The notes beneath the pieces are model-generated. The model saw only the letters and a list, made by a program, of their open reading frames with translations. It was not told the origin of the DNA and ran no database searches. Source: Squalus acanthias (Eukaryota). Taken from it: 64,000 nucleotides of DNA. The stretch lies in assembly GCA_030390025.1 (NCBI GenBank), contig CM059432.1, positions 121,832,001-121,896,000 of the forward strand, in the 5' to 3' direction. The translations under genes and the position numbers were made by a program. Below, one piece after another: positions 51,131-62,924 of this stretch; positions within the stretch are counted from its first letter, which is position 1, and every line of letters starts with the position of its first letter.

Positions 51131-51628
51131 AATTTTTTATTTTATTTATTCGTTCGCGGAATGTGGGCATCGCGGGCAAAGCCAGCATTTATTGCCTATT
51201 CCTAATTGCCCTTGAGAAGGTGGTGATGTGCCGCCTTCTTGAAACACTGCAGTCCTTGTGGTGAAGGTACTCCCACAGTGCTGAAGTTGTTGTAGCGGTT
51301 TGGTACAACTGAGTGGCTTGCTAGGCCACCAGAGGGCAGTTAAGAGTCAACCACATTGCTGTGAGTCTGGAGTCTCATATATAGGCCAGACTGGGTAAGG
51401 ACAGTAGATTTCCTTCCCTAAAAGACATTCGTGAACCAGTTGGGTTTTTCCGACAATCCGGTAGTTTCATGGTCACCATTACTAGCTTTTTAATCCCAGA
51501 TTTATTTAATGAACTGAATTTAAATTCCCCCAGCTGCCATGGTGGGTATTTGAACTCACATCTACTGGATTATTAGTCCAGGCCTCTGGATTACTAGTCC
51601 AGTAACATAACCACGATGCGACCATAGC
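51131..51628 (-). mobile_element. tRNA-headed SINE with longer LINE-derived arms
   Basis: Head extends to accaaaccgctac; tail starts at cactgtgggagtacc; junction near 51285. Confidence 0.8.
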
Positions 51629-51699
51629 CCCTTTTTGCAGTTACATCAGAGGTGCGCCCAGGACCTGTGCAGCATTTTGGCTCCTAATTGGATACCTCC

Positions 51700-51990
51700 T
51701 TGCCCTATTCATCTTCCCAAAATGTATCACCTTGTATTTTATCTGATATGTACCTGCCCAATCTATATCTGTGTCCTCCTGCAGTCACTTATAGTCCTCT
51801 TCACAGTTAACCATGATCTGTTCCCAACACTGACCCCTAATGTTCGTGTTCTGTCCTTTAACCAACTTGCCACTTCATTTAATACCATGAGCTTTTATTT
51901 TATTAATAAGCCTCCTATGTGGCATCTTATCAAATGCCTTTTGGAAATCCATATACACAACATCCACCACATTTCCTTTATCAATAGTCT
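51700..51990 (-). mobile_element. CR1 RT fragment
   Basis: VDVVYMDFQKAFDKMPHRRL. Confidence 0.7.
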
Positions 51991-53243
51991 TCTTCAGAAC
52001 ATGGTTCTTACACAGCCTAATAATCTGCAAGACTTTTGGAGAAAACATTCTTTTGTAGACTTCCTGATCTGATGTTTGTACCTGGGAATTCATACTCCAG
52101 CCAGTTATGGGAAACCTCTAGAGCCCCAGAGAAAAATACTGTGTAATCTATAGATATTTACCCTGTTTGATGCATGACAGAAACCTGGTTTGCATCACAT
52201 GCACACGTGCAGCACCATTTCACACATCGAGGGGGCAGTTTTCATAGGCCTATCGCTCCATTTATGCTGGAAAACGGGATGATAGGCAAACGAAAATTCG
52301 TATCAAAAAGCAGTGGTGCACACTTTCCGCCCCAGATTTGATTTTTGAGCGTGCCTCGAAATTAGAGGCCAGCAGTCCCACCTGGAACAGGAGGGGACCT
52401 TCTTCGAATATTTCAATCACGATCCTACACCCATTGTAGGATCCCAACCCGATTTCCGTGGACCAATGGATGGGGCAGCGCCACACATGACCCACCCATT
52501 GAGCTCTGGCATGGAACAGGCTAACAAGTGGCTCTTAAAGGGACCGCTGCAGGCCACTCCAAAAATGGCTGGACTTTTTTTAAATATCATTTTTGTGGGG
52601 CCTGGAGGAGCAGGAGCATTACTGCTGTCTCAACAAAAATATTCCGCTCCACTGAAGATCGGTCTCTGCATGGTCCCCCTGGGATTGACTCTCCCCTTTG
52701 GGTTCTTACTGTTGGCCGGCTTTGCGTATGAGCCAGCTGATTTACCGCCCTCCCTGACTCGCGAGCTACCTCGGAGCGCCAGTTCGACATACGCAAACCG
52801 GCGACATGCTAATAAGGCCCGACCAGCAAGATTGTTCAGGCTTATCGCTGCTGCAATTGGCAGACGATGCAATCGCACTGCCCTCTACCAGCCCGATTAT
52901 CGCAGAAAGACAAAACCCAAATGTTTTCTTGTCATCCTTCTTCATCGGAATCTGGCACATGGCTCCAAAGGATTGGCGAATTTGCATGCAAATTCCGCTA
53001 CGGTTCTCTTAATTGCCACCTTGATTTCGGTAGAACATTAGCGGAACCTCCAGATAACAGCCATATACGCATTTGATTGGGTTTTCCACTGGCTTCCAGC
53101 CAGAGTTACGGCAGATGACTGGTGGTAGCCACACAGAATTTCACGGCCATTTTGTCTTATTGATGTTTCTTGCAATCTGGTACTAATAGAAATAAAGAAA
53201 GAACTTGTAATTATAGAGCACCCCTCCAACCTCAAGTGTGTGG

Positions 53244-53680
53244 TGTCAGCCACGACTCAGTGGTAGCACTCGCACCTCTTAATCAGAAGTTTGTGGGTTT
53301 AAGCCGCACTCCAGAGACTTGAGCACATAATCTAGGCTGGCACTTATGTGCTGCACTGTTGGAGATGCTGTCTTTCAGACGTTAAACGTTAAACCAAGGC
53401 CTTTCAGGTGGTCATAAAAGAATCATAGGCACTATTTGAAGAAGAGCAGGAGAGTTCTCATGGTGTCCTGGCCAACCATTACCCCTCAACCAACAATTAA
53501 AAACAAGTGATTTGGTCATTTATTTCATTGCTGTTTGTGGGATCTTGCTGTTTGCAGGTTGGCTGCCACATTTCCTATATTACAACAGTGACTACACCTC
53601 AAAAGTGCTTCATTGCCTGCAAAACACTTTGGCATATCCTGAGGCCGTGAAATGCAAGTCTTTCTTTCTTTCTTTCTTTC
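53244..53680 (+). mobile_element. Deu-domain SINE
   Basis: tRNA-like head, Deu core, (cttt)n tail. Confidence 0.8.
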
Positions 53681-54713
53681 ATTTTGTCATAAAATGCTTT
53701 ACAGCCAATGAAGTACTTCTGGAGTTCAGTTACTGTGTGCATCTAACGGCTGTGGGGATTTTTGACCAATCTAATGATGATCTCGGGGTTACCTCTCTAT
53801 TACTTCCAAATTCTTGCCTGTTTTGATTATAATATGGTTAAGCCCTCTGCTAGTTTAGGTTTGGTCTGGCTATGTGCCTGTGCTTCCTGGCCACCTATGG
53901 ACGTTTCACGCCTATCATATATAGCTAAATTATTCGCTCTCTTCATATCATCATTTAATTCTACTCTTGACAGAAAACTCAGTGGACCATATCAGAATAC
54001 AAGTTTACAATATACAATACAATATTAATACTGAAAGTATTGAACTCACAGCATAATCTAGTTGCAATGTTGGTATTCATGGGTTATGAGGTGAAAATCA
54101 TTTGTAGAGCAGGCATATCCTCCTCTTTTATTCCTAGCCATGGATAAAGGGCGAGAACAGACCTACTATTTACGGCTGACAGCCTCTGTGCATTTCCAAC
54201 AGTTCAAAAGAAAGTTCAGATGCTTTTGCCAGTGATCCTGTTCAACTGCACACTCTGTATGAAGGCTAGTGCTGATTTAGCATCAGCAGGAACAATGCTG
54301 TCTCTTGTAAAATATTTCAATTGTCTGAGTCCATTCTGTGCACCGGGGGGAGAACAAGTAAGTTTCTCAAGTCATTCCCATTATAATGAGTAGATTTTAA
54401 TAGGTCTCCTGCTACCAGATACATAGCACTCAGAGCAATAATATTAAATATTATTGATGGTGATAGGAAAACATCACGATGGTCTGAGGCAAAAGTTTAT
54501 CATCCTGTTGCAATTTCCGGTTCAGTCCCGTCTAAAAACAGACTGAAGCAATTTTGCCAGAAAGATTACGGTGCTGAAGAAGAGTAAAAGGAGAATTATT
54601 TGACAAAGATGCACGATGAAAATTTAAGATCGTCTCTACCTGAACTATGCCAGGAAACAAACCAGGGCAGATTGAAGAGCAAGCTGTCCAATCTCATCCT
54701 GCATTCAACTTAC

Positions 54714-54778
54714 CTTTCCTTAATCGTGAGGCAGAAAACAGGCAGCCATCTTTTACTGCATCAGCAACATCCTTTCCT
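54714..54778 (-). other. candidate 65-nt exon
   Basis: ttatttctAG|a GKDVADAVKDGCLFSASRLRK g|GTAAGT. Confidence 0.3.
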
Positions 54779-54837
54779 CTAGAAATAAACTCCTAATTTA
54801 AAAAAAAGATTCTTTGTTTCAATGTATTCATTTAGTA

Positions 54838-55289
54838 AATAGCAAAATACCGCAGATGCTGGAAATCTGAAATAATAACAGAAAATGCTGGAAACACTCA
54901 GCAGGCCAGGCAGCATCCATGGAGAGAGAAACAGAGTTAACGTTTCAGGTCTGTGACCCTTCGTCAGAACTGGAAAAAGTTAGAGTTGCAACAGGTTTTA
55001 AGCAGGTGCAGAGACAGGGAAAGTGGGGTGGGGGGGTGGGGGAGGGGAGGAAAGAACAAAAGGAATGGTCTGTGCTAGGATGGAAGGCAGGAGAGATTAA
55101 ATGTTGCAAATGGGGATGGCAGAATAATCAACAGCTGCCATGTGAAAAAATAGGGGCAGAGGTTATGGTCTGAAATTGTTGAACTCGATGTTGAGTCCAG
55201 AAGGCTGTAAAGTGCCTAATCGAAAGGTGAGGTGCTGTTCCTCGAGCTTACGTTGAGCTTCATTGGAACAGTGTAAGAGGCCGAGGACT
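54838..55289 (-). mobile_element. 5'-truncated Penelope-like element (end of GIY-YIG domain plus 3' UTR)
   Basis: VLGLLHCSNEAQRKLEEQHLTFRLGTLQPSGLNIEFNNFR* followed by the terminal repeat. Confidence 0.85.
54935..54971 (-). ncRNA. minimal hammerhead ribozyme motif
   Basis: agtt-CTGACGA-a-gggtc(aca)gacct-GAAACGTT-aact. Confidence 0.7.
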
Positions 55290-55749
55290 CTAGTTTGTCT
55301 TTCATTTTTACTTTCTATTTGCTTCATAGATTATTCTAGCTCTGTCATTCAGTATAATACAGAGAAACAGGTGAGCTGACTATTAGTGGTGAAGTCCCAG
55401 GCTCAGTGAATCCAGGAATGTACTCCCGGGCCATCATAGGTTTGTAATATAACTTACTTATCACTTGTGAAATCTAAAGAATGAGAATCCATCCGAACAG
55501 CTGCTCAGTTACCAATTATGTGGCTTGACATATTTATCTGTACGTTAGTCTTGGGTAGAAGTGTGCAAATTCATGAACTGAAACTTCAGATCATAACCCC
55601 TGTCACTTGTGAAGCAAGCAAATACTGGGAATGCACCCAACAGTAAAACGAAGGATGCAGCCTTCACATTACTTTCCAAGCAGATAGTCAGCAGATAGGT
55701 TTGCACTTGCAATTTTCCAATACAAGGTTGATTAAGATTATATGGAGAA

Positions 55750-56170
55750 GTCATGCCGAGGGTATAAAATACAGAGTAACTCCACACCACGTCCTGCAGA
55801 GGGAGAGGCGGGCCAATACAAGAGGGTTTTCCCCTGCTGGAAGGCATTGACTCCTTGCTGAAGTACATTTAGCCACCCACTGAACATCCTCTGATGCCTT
55901 ACCCAAGTGACTATTGTACATATATGAACCTTAACAGTAAGGGTCAGGAGGCTATTTACCCACTGGGAGCATTGCAACTGCGCCCAATCCTGCCCTCTCC
56001 CAACACCCACACACCCGCACTTCCAGCAGGTTCATTGTATTGAAATCAGAGTGGCATACTGAGGACAATTGTAGAATCTCCAACACTGGCTGAGATCAAC
56101 AAACTCAGCACGGACCAGGGATTGAACTCAGGACCTTGCTAACCTGTATGTCTCACCTATTTACTGGATA
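55750..56170 (-). mobile_element. old tRNA-derived SINE (family also at ~15300-15470, ~23755-23900, ~35920-36060)
   Basis: gagttcaatcccc...gtgctgagtt...gatctcagcc...ctgctggaagtg shared with 58105-58480. Confidence 0.5.
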
Positions 56171-56520
56171 CACCCACAAGCCCATCAAAGGACCACTCAA
56201 GGATAGAATTAAGCAACTTTAATCTTGCATGGAGAACAAAGGAAGTTAAGTTAGTTACCTACAGCTCTGTCCTTGGGTACAATAGTATTTCTTATAGAAA
56301 GTCACTTTTACTGGTTAGCTAGTAGACCTCAGCAACACATTGGAGCCTACAGTTTACATTGAAAACTTCTCTATTCAATTTGCCCACTGACTCTTCTGCC
56401 CGTTGACAAGCAGTTTTACCTGCTAAGTAGTCATCCATTACTACTTGGTCAATTTAACTGAGGATATTATGATACTTAGTAAGGAATTAACAATGCCATT
56501 AATAAAGTCTAAAATTATAT

Positions 56521-56693
56521 GGGTAAAATTGGTCTTGGCAGTAGCCCAAAACGGGTGATAGTGAAGCGGCGACCCGTTTTACACTCTTTGTCTACATTCT
56601 TTTCCAAGGAAAAGAAAATTGGGCACGGGGTATAGTGGGCTGCCAATTCGCTATCACCCATTTTACGGTACTGCCCGAGATGATTTCTGCCCC
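56521..56693. mobile_element. short hairpin MITE
   Basis: gggtaaaatt / atttctgccc; internal IR aaaacgggtgatagtgaa / ttcgctatcacccatttt. Confidence 0.6.
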
Positions 56694-56811
56694 GTAACAT
56701 TTGTTTTCATATCAGTCACATCAGACTAAGTACAAAACAAATTAGATACAAATGTGGTGGAGAGATTACCTTATAGCTTGATATTTATGTATTTATAAAG
56801 CAAAGTCATTG

Positions 56812-57135
56812 AAAAGAAAGAAAGGCTTGCATTTCTAAAGCGCCTTTCATGACCACCGGACATCCCAAAGCGCTTTACAGCCAATGAAGTACTTTTGAAG
56901 TGTGGTCACTGTTGTAACGTCGGAAATGCGGCAGCCAATTTGTGCACAGCAAGCTCCCACAAACAGCAATGTGATGTTGATTGAGGGATAAATATTGGCC
57001 AGGGCACCGGGGATAACTTCCCTGCTCTTCTTCAAAATAGTGCCATGGGATCTTTTACATCCACCTGAGAGAGCAGACGGGGCCTCGGTTTATCGTATTA
57101 TCCGAAAGGCGGCACCTCCGACAGTGCAGCACTCC
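56812..57135 (-). mobile_element. Deu-domain SINE, 5'-truncated
   Basis: Matches 40575-40920. Confidence 0.82.
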
Positions 57136-57157
57136 GTTATGATGTTCGCTGAAGATT

Positions 57158-57335
57158 AAAATTGCCCCCAATATGTGGTAAAAATTGACCTCAATATGTG
57201 GTAAAAATTGACCTCAATATGTGGTAAAAAGTTACCCCAATGTGTGGTAAAAAAATTGACCCCAATATATGGTAAAAAATTGACCTTAATATGTGGTGAA
57301 AAGTTACCTCAATATGTGGTGAAAGGTTAATATGG
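57158..57335 (+). repeat. ~23-26 bp tandem repeat (aaaattgacctcaatatgtggt), about 7 units
   Basis: Visible array. Confidence 0.9.
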
Positions 57336-58104
57336 AAGTCCCTACACTAGCAAACGGTGTTGTTCTGAAAATAAAAGAGTGTGGTTATTTAATAATAAAT
57401 TTAAAAAGGGCAGATCTCATTCTAGCCTAGGAATCACTGTTGCCATTATTAGAAGTTGAGCACTTTACACATTTGTATGAGATTCCTCAGTCCAGCGTTT
57501 AACAAAGTGACTAATTCATTTAAAATGGACAGCTACTGCCTACATTAAAATAGCATGTAGCAAAATGTTCACTGATATTAATTTCTATAATTTAAAAAAG
57601 ATGATTTAATTAAATTGGCTTTTGTTCAGCCGTCAGACATTAGTTTTCAGTATTAAGCTCTGTGCTGCAAAGGGCTGTGAGGTACTTACAAAAAGCAAAA
57701 AAATATAGCTGAGGTTATCAACAAATTTCATTACTAATTTCAAGATATTTTTCTGGGAAAAAAACACAAGACGATGATAATACTAAGTACATGTTTTTAA
57801 ATTATTTACGTAATGTCCTGGCACTCCTGAACGAACAGAACTGGCCAGCATGAAAAAAACGCTCCCAAAAAAGCAAGAGATGCCTTGAATCTAAAGTATA
57901 ATTAATGGTGAGAAAATCAGGCAGGCTGACTAACGGGAATACTATCCTCTATGTCCGGTATTCCCATATGCATTACTGGCGTGAACTGCTTTGCTCTGGG
58001 AGTTCAAAAGTGGGAAATTAGCCCTATATTTCAAACCAGAAACTGTTCCATTTCATGGCAAGGCAGCTTTTAATTCTAGCACTTAAGAACATTTAAACCA
58101 CCAG

Positions 58105-58480
58105 TTTGGCCAGTGGCCCAATTAGTAAATGAATTATCCAGTGTCACACAGGCCAGGAAGTCCCACGTTCTCTGCATGGCCTGTCATGAGTTTGCTGATC
58201 TCAGTCACTGTGGTGACAGGGGTGCTACCATTGATCTCAGCACTCTAGACGAGGAAGGGGGAAAAAAAATCTAGGGTTGCCCCTCTCCTGGCCATTATGT
58301 CGTGACCCTCCCAGAACAGTGTGAGAGCGTGGGAGTCAGATCAGGGTAACATTGAGCCGGCCTGTGATGCGCTCCACAATCAAACAGCCAGTCACATTCT
58401 GGGTTCCAAAGCGAAGAATGGCCATTTGAGTAAAGCACCAGAGAGCAGCTACTGCTGTATCAGATGGGGAATTCAGGAGG
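58105..58480 (+). mobile_element. old tRNA-derived SINE
   Basis: Homology to 55750-56170. Confidence 0.5.
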
Positions 58481-59099
58481 GAACGAGAAAAATATTGGAA
58501 TATAAAACAACACTTTTTAAAAGATTTTCAAACTAATGAAAGAAGGGAGTGATTTACACACAGGAATGATGTATAGAATGGGTTTTAAAATATATTAGGA
58601 TGTTGCAACATATTAAAAACATAGGAGTCTGATTACCTATGAGATACATTTTACTCCACATTTTAACTATAATTTGTTCGGCTGTTAGCGCCAGAGTGCT
58701 GGCGAAGTAATGGCAAATTCCATTCAAATTACCACTAAAGTCACCAGGAAATTATGGCATTAGAGAATAACACCAGGGTTATAGCTTCACCATAAAATGC
58801 TGGGATATTTAGTACTGCTCCACCTGAACCATCACTGAAACCTAGAAAGGATCGTAATTCAAGCTCCGACCCTCCCCTCCTCCTTCCCCCCATTGGAAAC
58901 AGAAGTAAGGGCCAATTTGCTGCATTTAGGCCAGTTTTATTGGCATTGGTGGGAACACCGTTTCAGAAAGGCGCTGGAGAGTCGGGCTCAATATGTAAAA
59001 CACAAGGCCATTTTCGATTCATATTTTGCAGTTTTATCAAAAGAGTAAAAGTGGAATTTGAATGTTTTCTCTGTAAATACATTTGTGGACTTCATGATG

Positions 59100-60555
59100 A
59101 ACTTAGGAACAGCAGTAGACCATTCAGCCCCTCGAGCCTGTTCTGCCATTCAATTAGATCATAGCTGATCTGTATCTCAACTCTATCTGCCTGCCTTGGT
59201 GCCATAGGGGGAAAAATTCAGTATCGCCCCATTTGGGGCGCAATTATCGGCCAGGTGCAAAGATTAGCGCCTGGCGCTAATTATCACCTCCGACTGCAAA
59301 CTTGACTTTTATCGCCCTTGGAGGTGATTGGAGCGCTAAATCAGGCGCTACACATCTGTCTTAAGGCGCAAAGGCCGAGGAGCGAGGCGCTAACTCAGAG
59401 CGCTGGTGAAGCTCATGTGATGTCAGTCAGCAATGGAACACACACACAATGGCCCCGGCCAGTTCTTAAAGGTGAGGGTTGATCTTGCTTTCCATCCACA
59501 TCCTGCTCATTGCAGCCTTGAATCTCGGCCTGGAGAGACCTGTACATCAAATCTGCTGGAAAGAACAATGGAGAGGCCCAGGGAAAGAGCTCAGAGTGCA
59601 GCCCCCAATGTCTCTTCTAAATCGATACAAGGAAGGGCAAATCAAAATGAACCTGCAAAGTGCTGCTCAGTACCCAAAACTCCTTCACACAGCGTTGAAT
59701 CTCTCCAGAAGTTTCTCTCTCTCTCTCTCAGAATGCGTGGTTCAAAAATGTCGCCAACAAAAAAAGGCAGGAAGCGGTCGCCTTTAAATAGCGCTCCCCC
59801 AGTCCCTTCCTGACTGCAAAACGCTCCCCTCAACCTGTCGTTGCTAGCGGCAGGCGGTAAGGCAGGGGGCGCCACTCAATATCCGCTCAGGGGCGCTACC
59901 GGGGCGTTGCGCACTCGACTGACGTCACGATCTGCCGGCGCAGGAGATCGTGGCGGTACTGTTTAGCGCCGCCACAAAATGTCTAGTTAATTTCGCGAGC
60001 GGCGCAAACATCGCCGCGCCCGGGCGCTAGTTGCTTTGCACCCCATTAGCGCCCTCTTAAGGTGCTAACGGGAGGCGCAACCAACTGAATTTTTCCCCCA
60101 TAATCTTTAATACCCTCGCCTAATAAAAATCTATCAATATCAGTTTTGAAATTTTCAAAGCCTCAACAGCTTTTTGGGAGCGAGAGTTCCAGCTTTCCAT
60201 TACATTTGTGTGAAGGAGTGCTTCCTGACATCACCCATGAACGGCCTAGCTCTAATTTTAAGGTTACGCCCCCTTGTTCTGGACTCCCCTACCAGTGGAA
60301 ATAGGTTCTCTATCTACCCTATCAACTCCTTTAATCATCTTAAACACCTCAATTAGATCACCCCTTAATCTTCTATACTCGAGGGAATACAAGGCTAGTC
60401 TATGCAACCTGTCCTCATAATTTAACCCTTTTAGACACGGTATTGTTCTGCTGAATCTGCGTTGCACCCCCTTCAGGGCCAATATATCCTTCCTGAGGTG
60501 CGGTGCCCAGAACTGAGCGCAGTACTGTAAATGAGTCTAACCAGAGCTTTATATG
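59100..60555 (-). mobile_element. CR1 3' fragment interrupted by a MITE
   Basis: VQRRFSR.IP.LKGLNYEDRL; RRLRGDLIEVFK. Confidence 0.85.
59207..60099 (+). mobile_element. Harbinger/Tourist-type MITE, copy 2
   Basis: TIR gggggaaaaattcagt / actgaatttttccccc; TSD ATA. Confidence 0.92.
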
Positions 60556-61190
60556 TGAAATCATTCACTCCTGTTACATGAAAAATATGTGGTGAAAATG
60601 ACTAAATTGTAAAGCTGGTTGTGTGAAGCCACGATGGATCTCAGCATCAGAGCCTTGCACAATTACAACCATCCTTTATTTTCCCCTTTGCTCGGTATAC
60701 ACAGCAGTGGCTGTTCTTGCTTAATAATATCCTTAAATAACAGGCGTGAAGCAATGCTTTGAGACCTGTCATCAATCAGAATTTTCCTTCGGCTGCGTTC
60801 TACGCTTTCTGTAACATATGCTGGGAGACAAAAGCAAACTGAAATGAATGTAAAACCCAGGTTCAGGATGGATTTTGTATCATCTGAAACTGTAAATTAA
60901 ACAATTAATGGCCTTGAGCCAAAAAGGCAATGTTTCAGATGGCTTCAGATGTCTTATATGATGGATGCCTCATAAATTATGCATATACGACTAAATGCCG
61001 TGAGTTCAGTCGTTTGTAATAACTGATTAAAAAGGTAGCTGCCTCTGGTAGTCAATGAGTGCGGGCTCACCCTCAAATTCAAAATCAGTTTACGGAAAGA
61101 TAAGCTCCCCAACTTCTTTAGCGAATATAACCTCGTCTCGACAAAATGGTGTGTTGCACAGCCATTCAACTTTGATTGTTTAATAATCTT

Positions 61191-61849
61191 AGCCCCCACA
61201 GTGGGAATCGGGACAGCGGCAGTTGAAGCGAGTGGCAACCCTTGCCCCCCCTCACCCCACCCCCCTCCCTGACCTCAGCAGAGTGAGGCTTGGTGATTTT
61301 ATCTCCAGGGCCTCTTCATGCCCCCTGAGGTCAGTGGTACGCCCGAGAGCGGCGATAACTGGCAGCTGGCCGGCGGGTGGGAGCGGGATGTGGGAAGGAA
61401 TTGTCCCCGGCACTCAGGTAAGTCGCAGGGAGTGCATTCGGGAGGGTCTCATGATTGGGAAAGGGGAAAGCCTGGGGCAGGGGAGGCCTAAAATGTTCCT
61501 TGTGGGGCCCCAAGGAGCTCCTCCTAGCACAACAAGGAAAGCCAAAAAAAAGGTTTCAAATATTATCTTTTTGGTTCTCTTCTGGCCTGACTCTTCTTCC
61601 CACTAGCTTCACCTGACGAAGAAGCCACAATAGCTTCCCCACTCAGGACACCGGTTAAAATAGCAGTCAGGCCCCAAAGACGTCATCGGAGCCTGATCCG
61701 CGTATTTAAAGAAGGACCCGGCCAGTTGCTGTCTTTGCCGCCTGCTCAGAAGAGCAGGTTAAAATTGAAGATGGTGGGGAGGGAGCAAGACGATTGCGGA
61801 TATGTCACCCTTCTGATTTTAACTGGTTGGGCAGGATCAAAATTGCCCC
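61191..61849. mobile_element. GC-rich MITE-like element
   Basis: Right end aaaattgcccc; organisation like 47633-48289 in reverse. Confidence 0.45.
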
Positions 61850-62924
61850 TTTTATATTCGTTAAGGTTTTCATATAATGACACAGCTCCCTTTAGCGAAA
61901 GAATTACTTGGCCACTGAATGCATTTCACAAGTGCTTGCAATGTAAGCAAATGTGCAGTACAGTAGAATAGTCTTATTTGATCACAATGAAATTTTAGAT
62001 TATTCACTGTCTGGCTGTATAAGTAATGCAGGTTAACAAGGGGCATTTGCTGAAACAAGGCTGGAGGTCATTCTGCGATGCTGAGCCACATGATACACCG
62101 CAGAAATCTCAGAGTCATTAAATTTGAATATAATTACTGTGATTCCAGCTACGATTATTCCACCACATGGAAAATAAGACAGTAATTAAATGAATTAACT
62201 AAACAAATTAAACATGAAGGGAAGGTGTGCAGGTTGATTGGAGCTGAGAATGGTAATGGATGGTAATGCTGCCCTGCAGTAAAATGAAATGGCAAGGACA
62301 TCATTTAACAACCACCACGCTGTATTTTATTTATTAACTAAATTTCAAAAATTCAATACAATTTCCAAACACAGCATGATCTTCAAATAATTAAATGAAT
62401 TTGTAATTTAATTTACATTTGACGTCAATTTCTAATATACTTCAGCAGCCAAGATTATTGAACAAAACACCCTATTATAAACTCCCCAATGACACAGATT
62501 TTTTTAAATGTATTTCGGCACCTTCAACTTAGTGAATGCAAACCCATTAATTCAACTGGATATGAAATTTTAAATCCAAATCTTAACTTTGAAATTGCTC
62601 GACTTTCTTCTGTGACTATCCTAATTGCCATTTCTTTAATGTATAATAGTTTCTGGGGTTTAACTGAAGTCTCTTTTCACTGTGGGGGGGTGCAGTGGGG
62701 GGGGGGGGGGGAATGCCAGAGGGATTGGTTTTGCCTTTTTATGATTTGCTAATAGGTGATTACAATATGTCACCCAAATTAGGCAGCAAATGTAACAGTT
62801 CCAATGTATCTTTTAAAGATGCCCAATCATATGTGTTTGGAATCCAAACCATTACACAGATAAATCTACAGCTGCCACTCTCTACGTCTTCATCCCAACA
62901 GGGATGGCTGCATGGTTTCCCAGG

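Noticed and set aside
52466..53041. 191-aa ORF
   Set aside because: Lies in GC-rich MITE-like DNA; no recognisable motifs.
57158..57335. CRISPR-like array
   Set aside because: Head-to-tail repeats without unique spacers; eukaryotic context; no cas genes.
59433..59813. 126-aa ORF open in all three MITE copies as a novel gene
   Set aside because: The copies are highly similar, so shared openness is expected. No domain is recognised and the ORF crosses a (ct)n tract.
61613..61640. CTGACGA plus hairpin as a hammerhead
   Set aside because: No GAAA or stem III follows.
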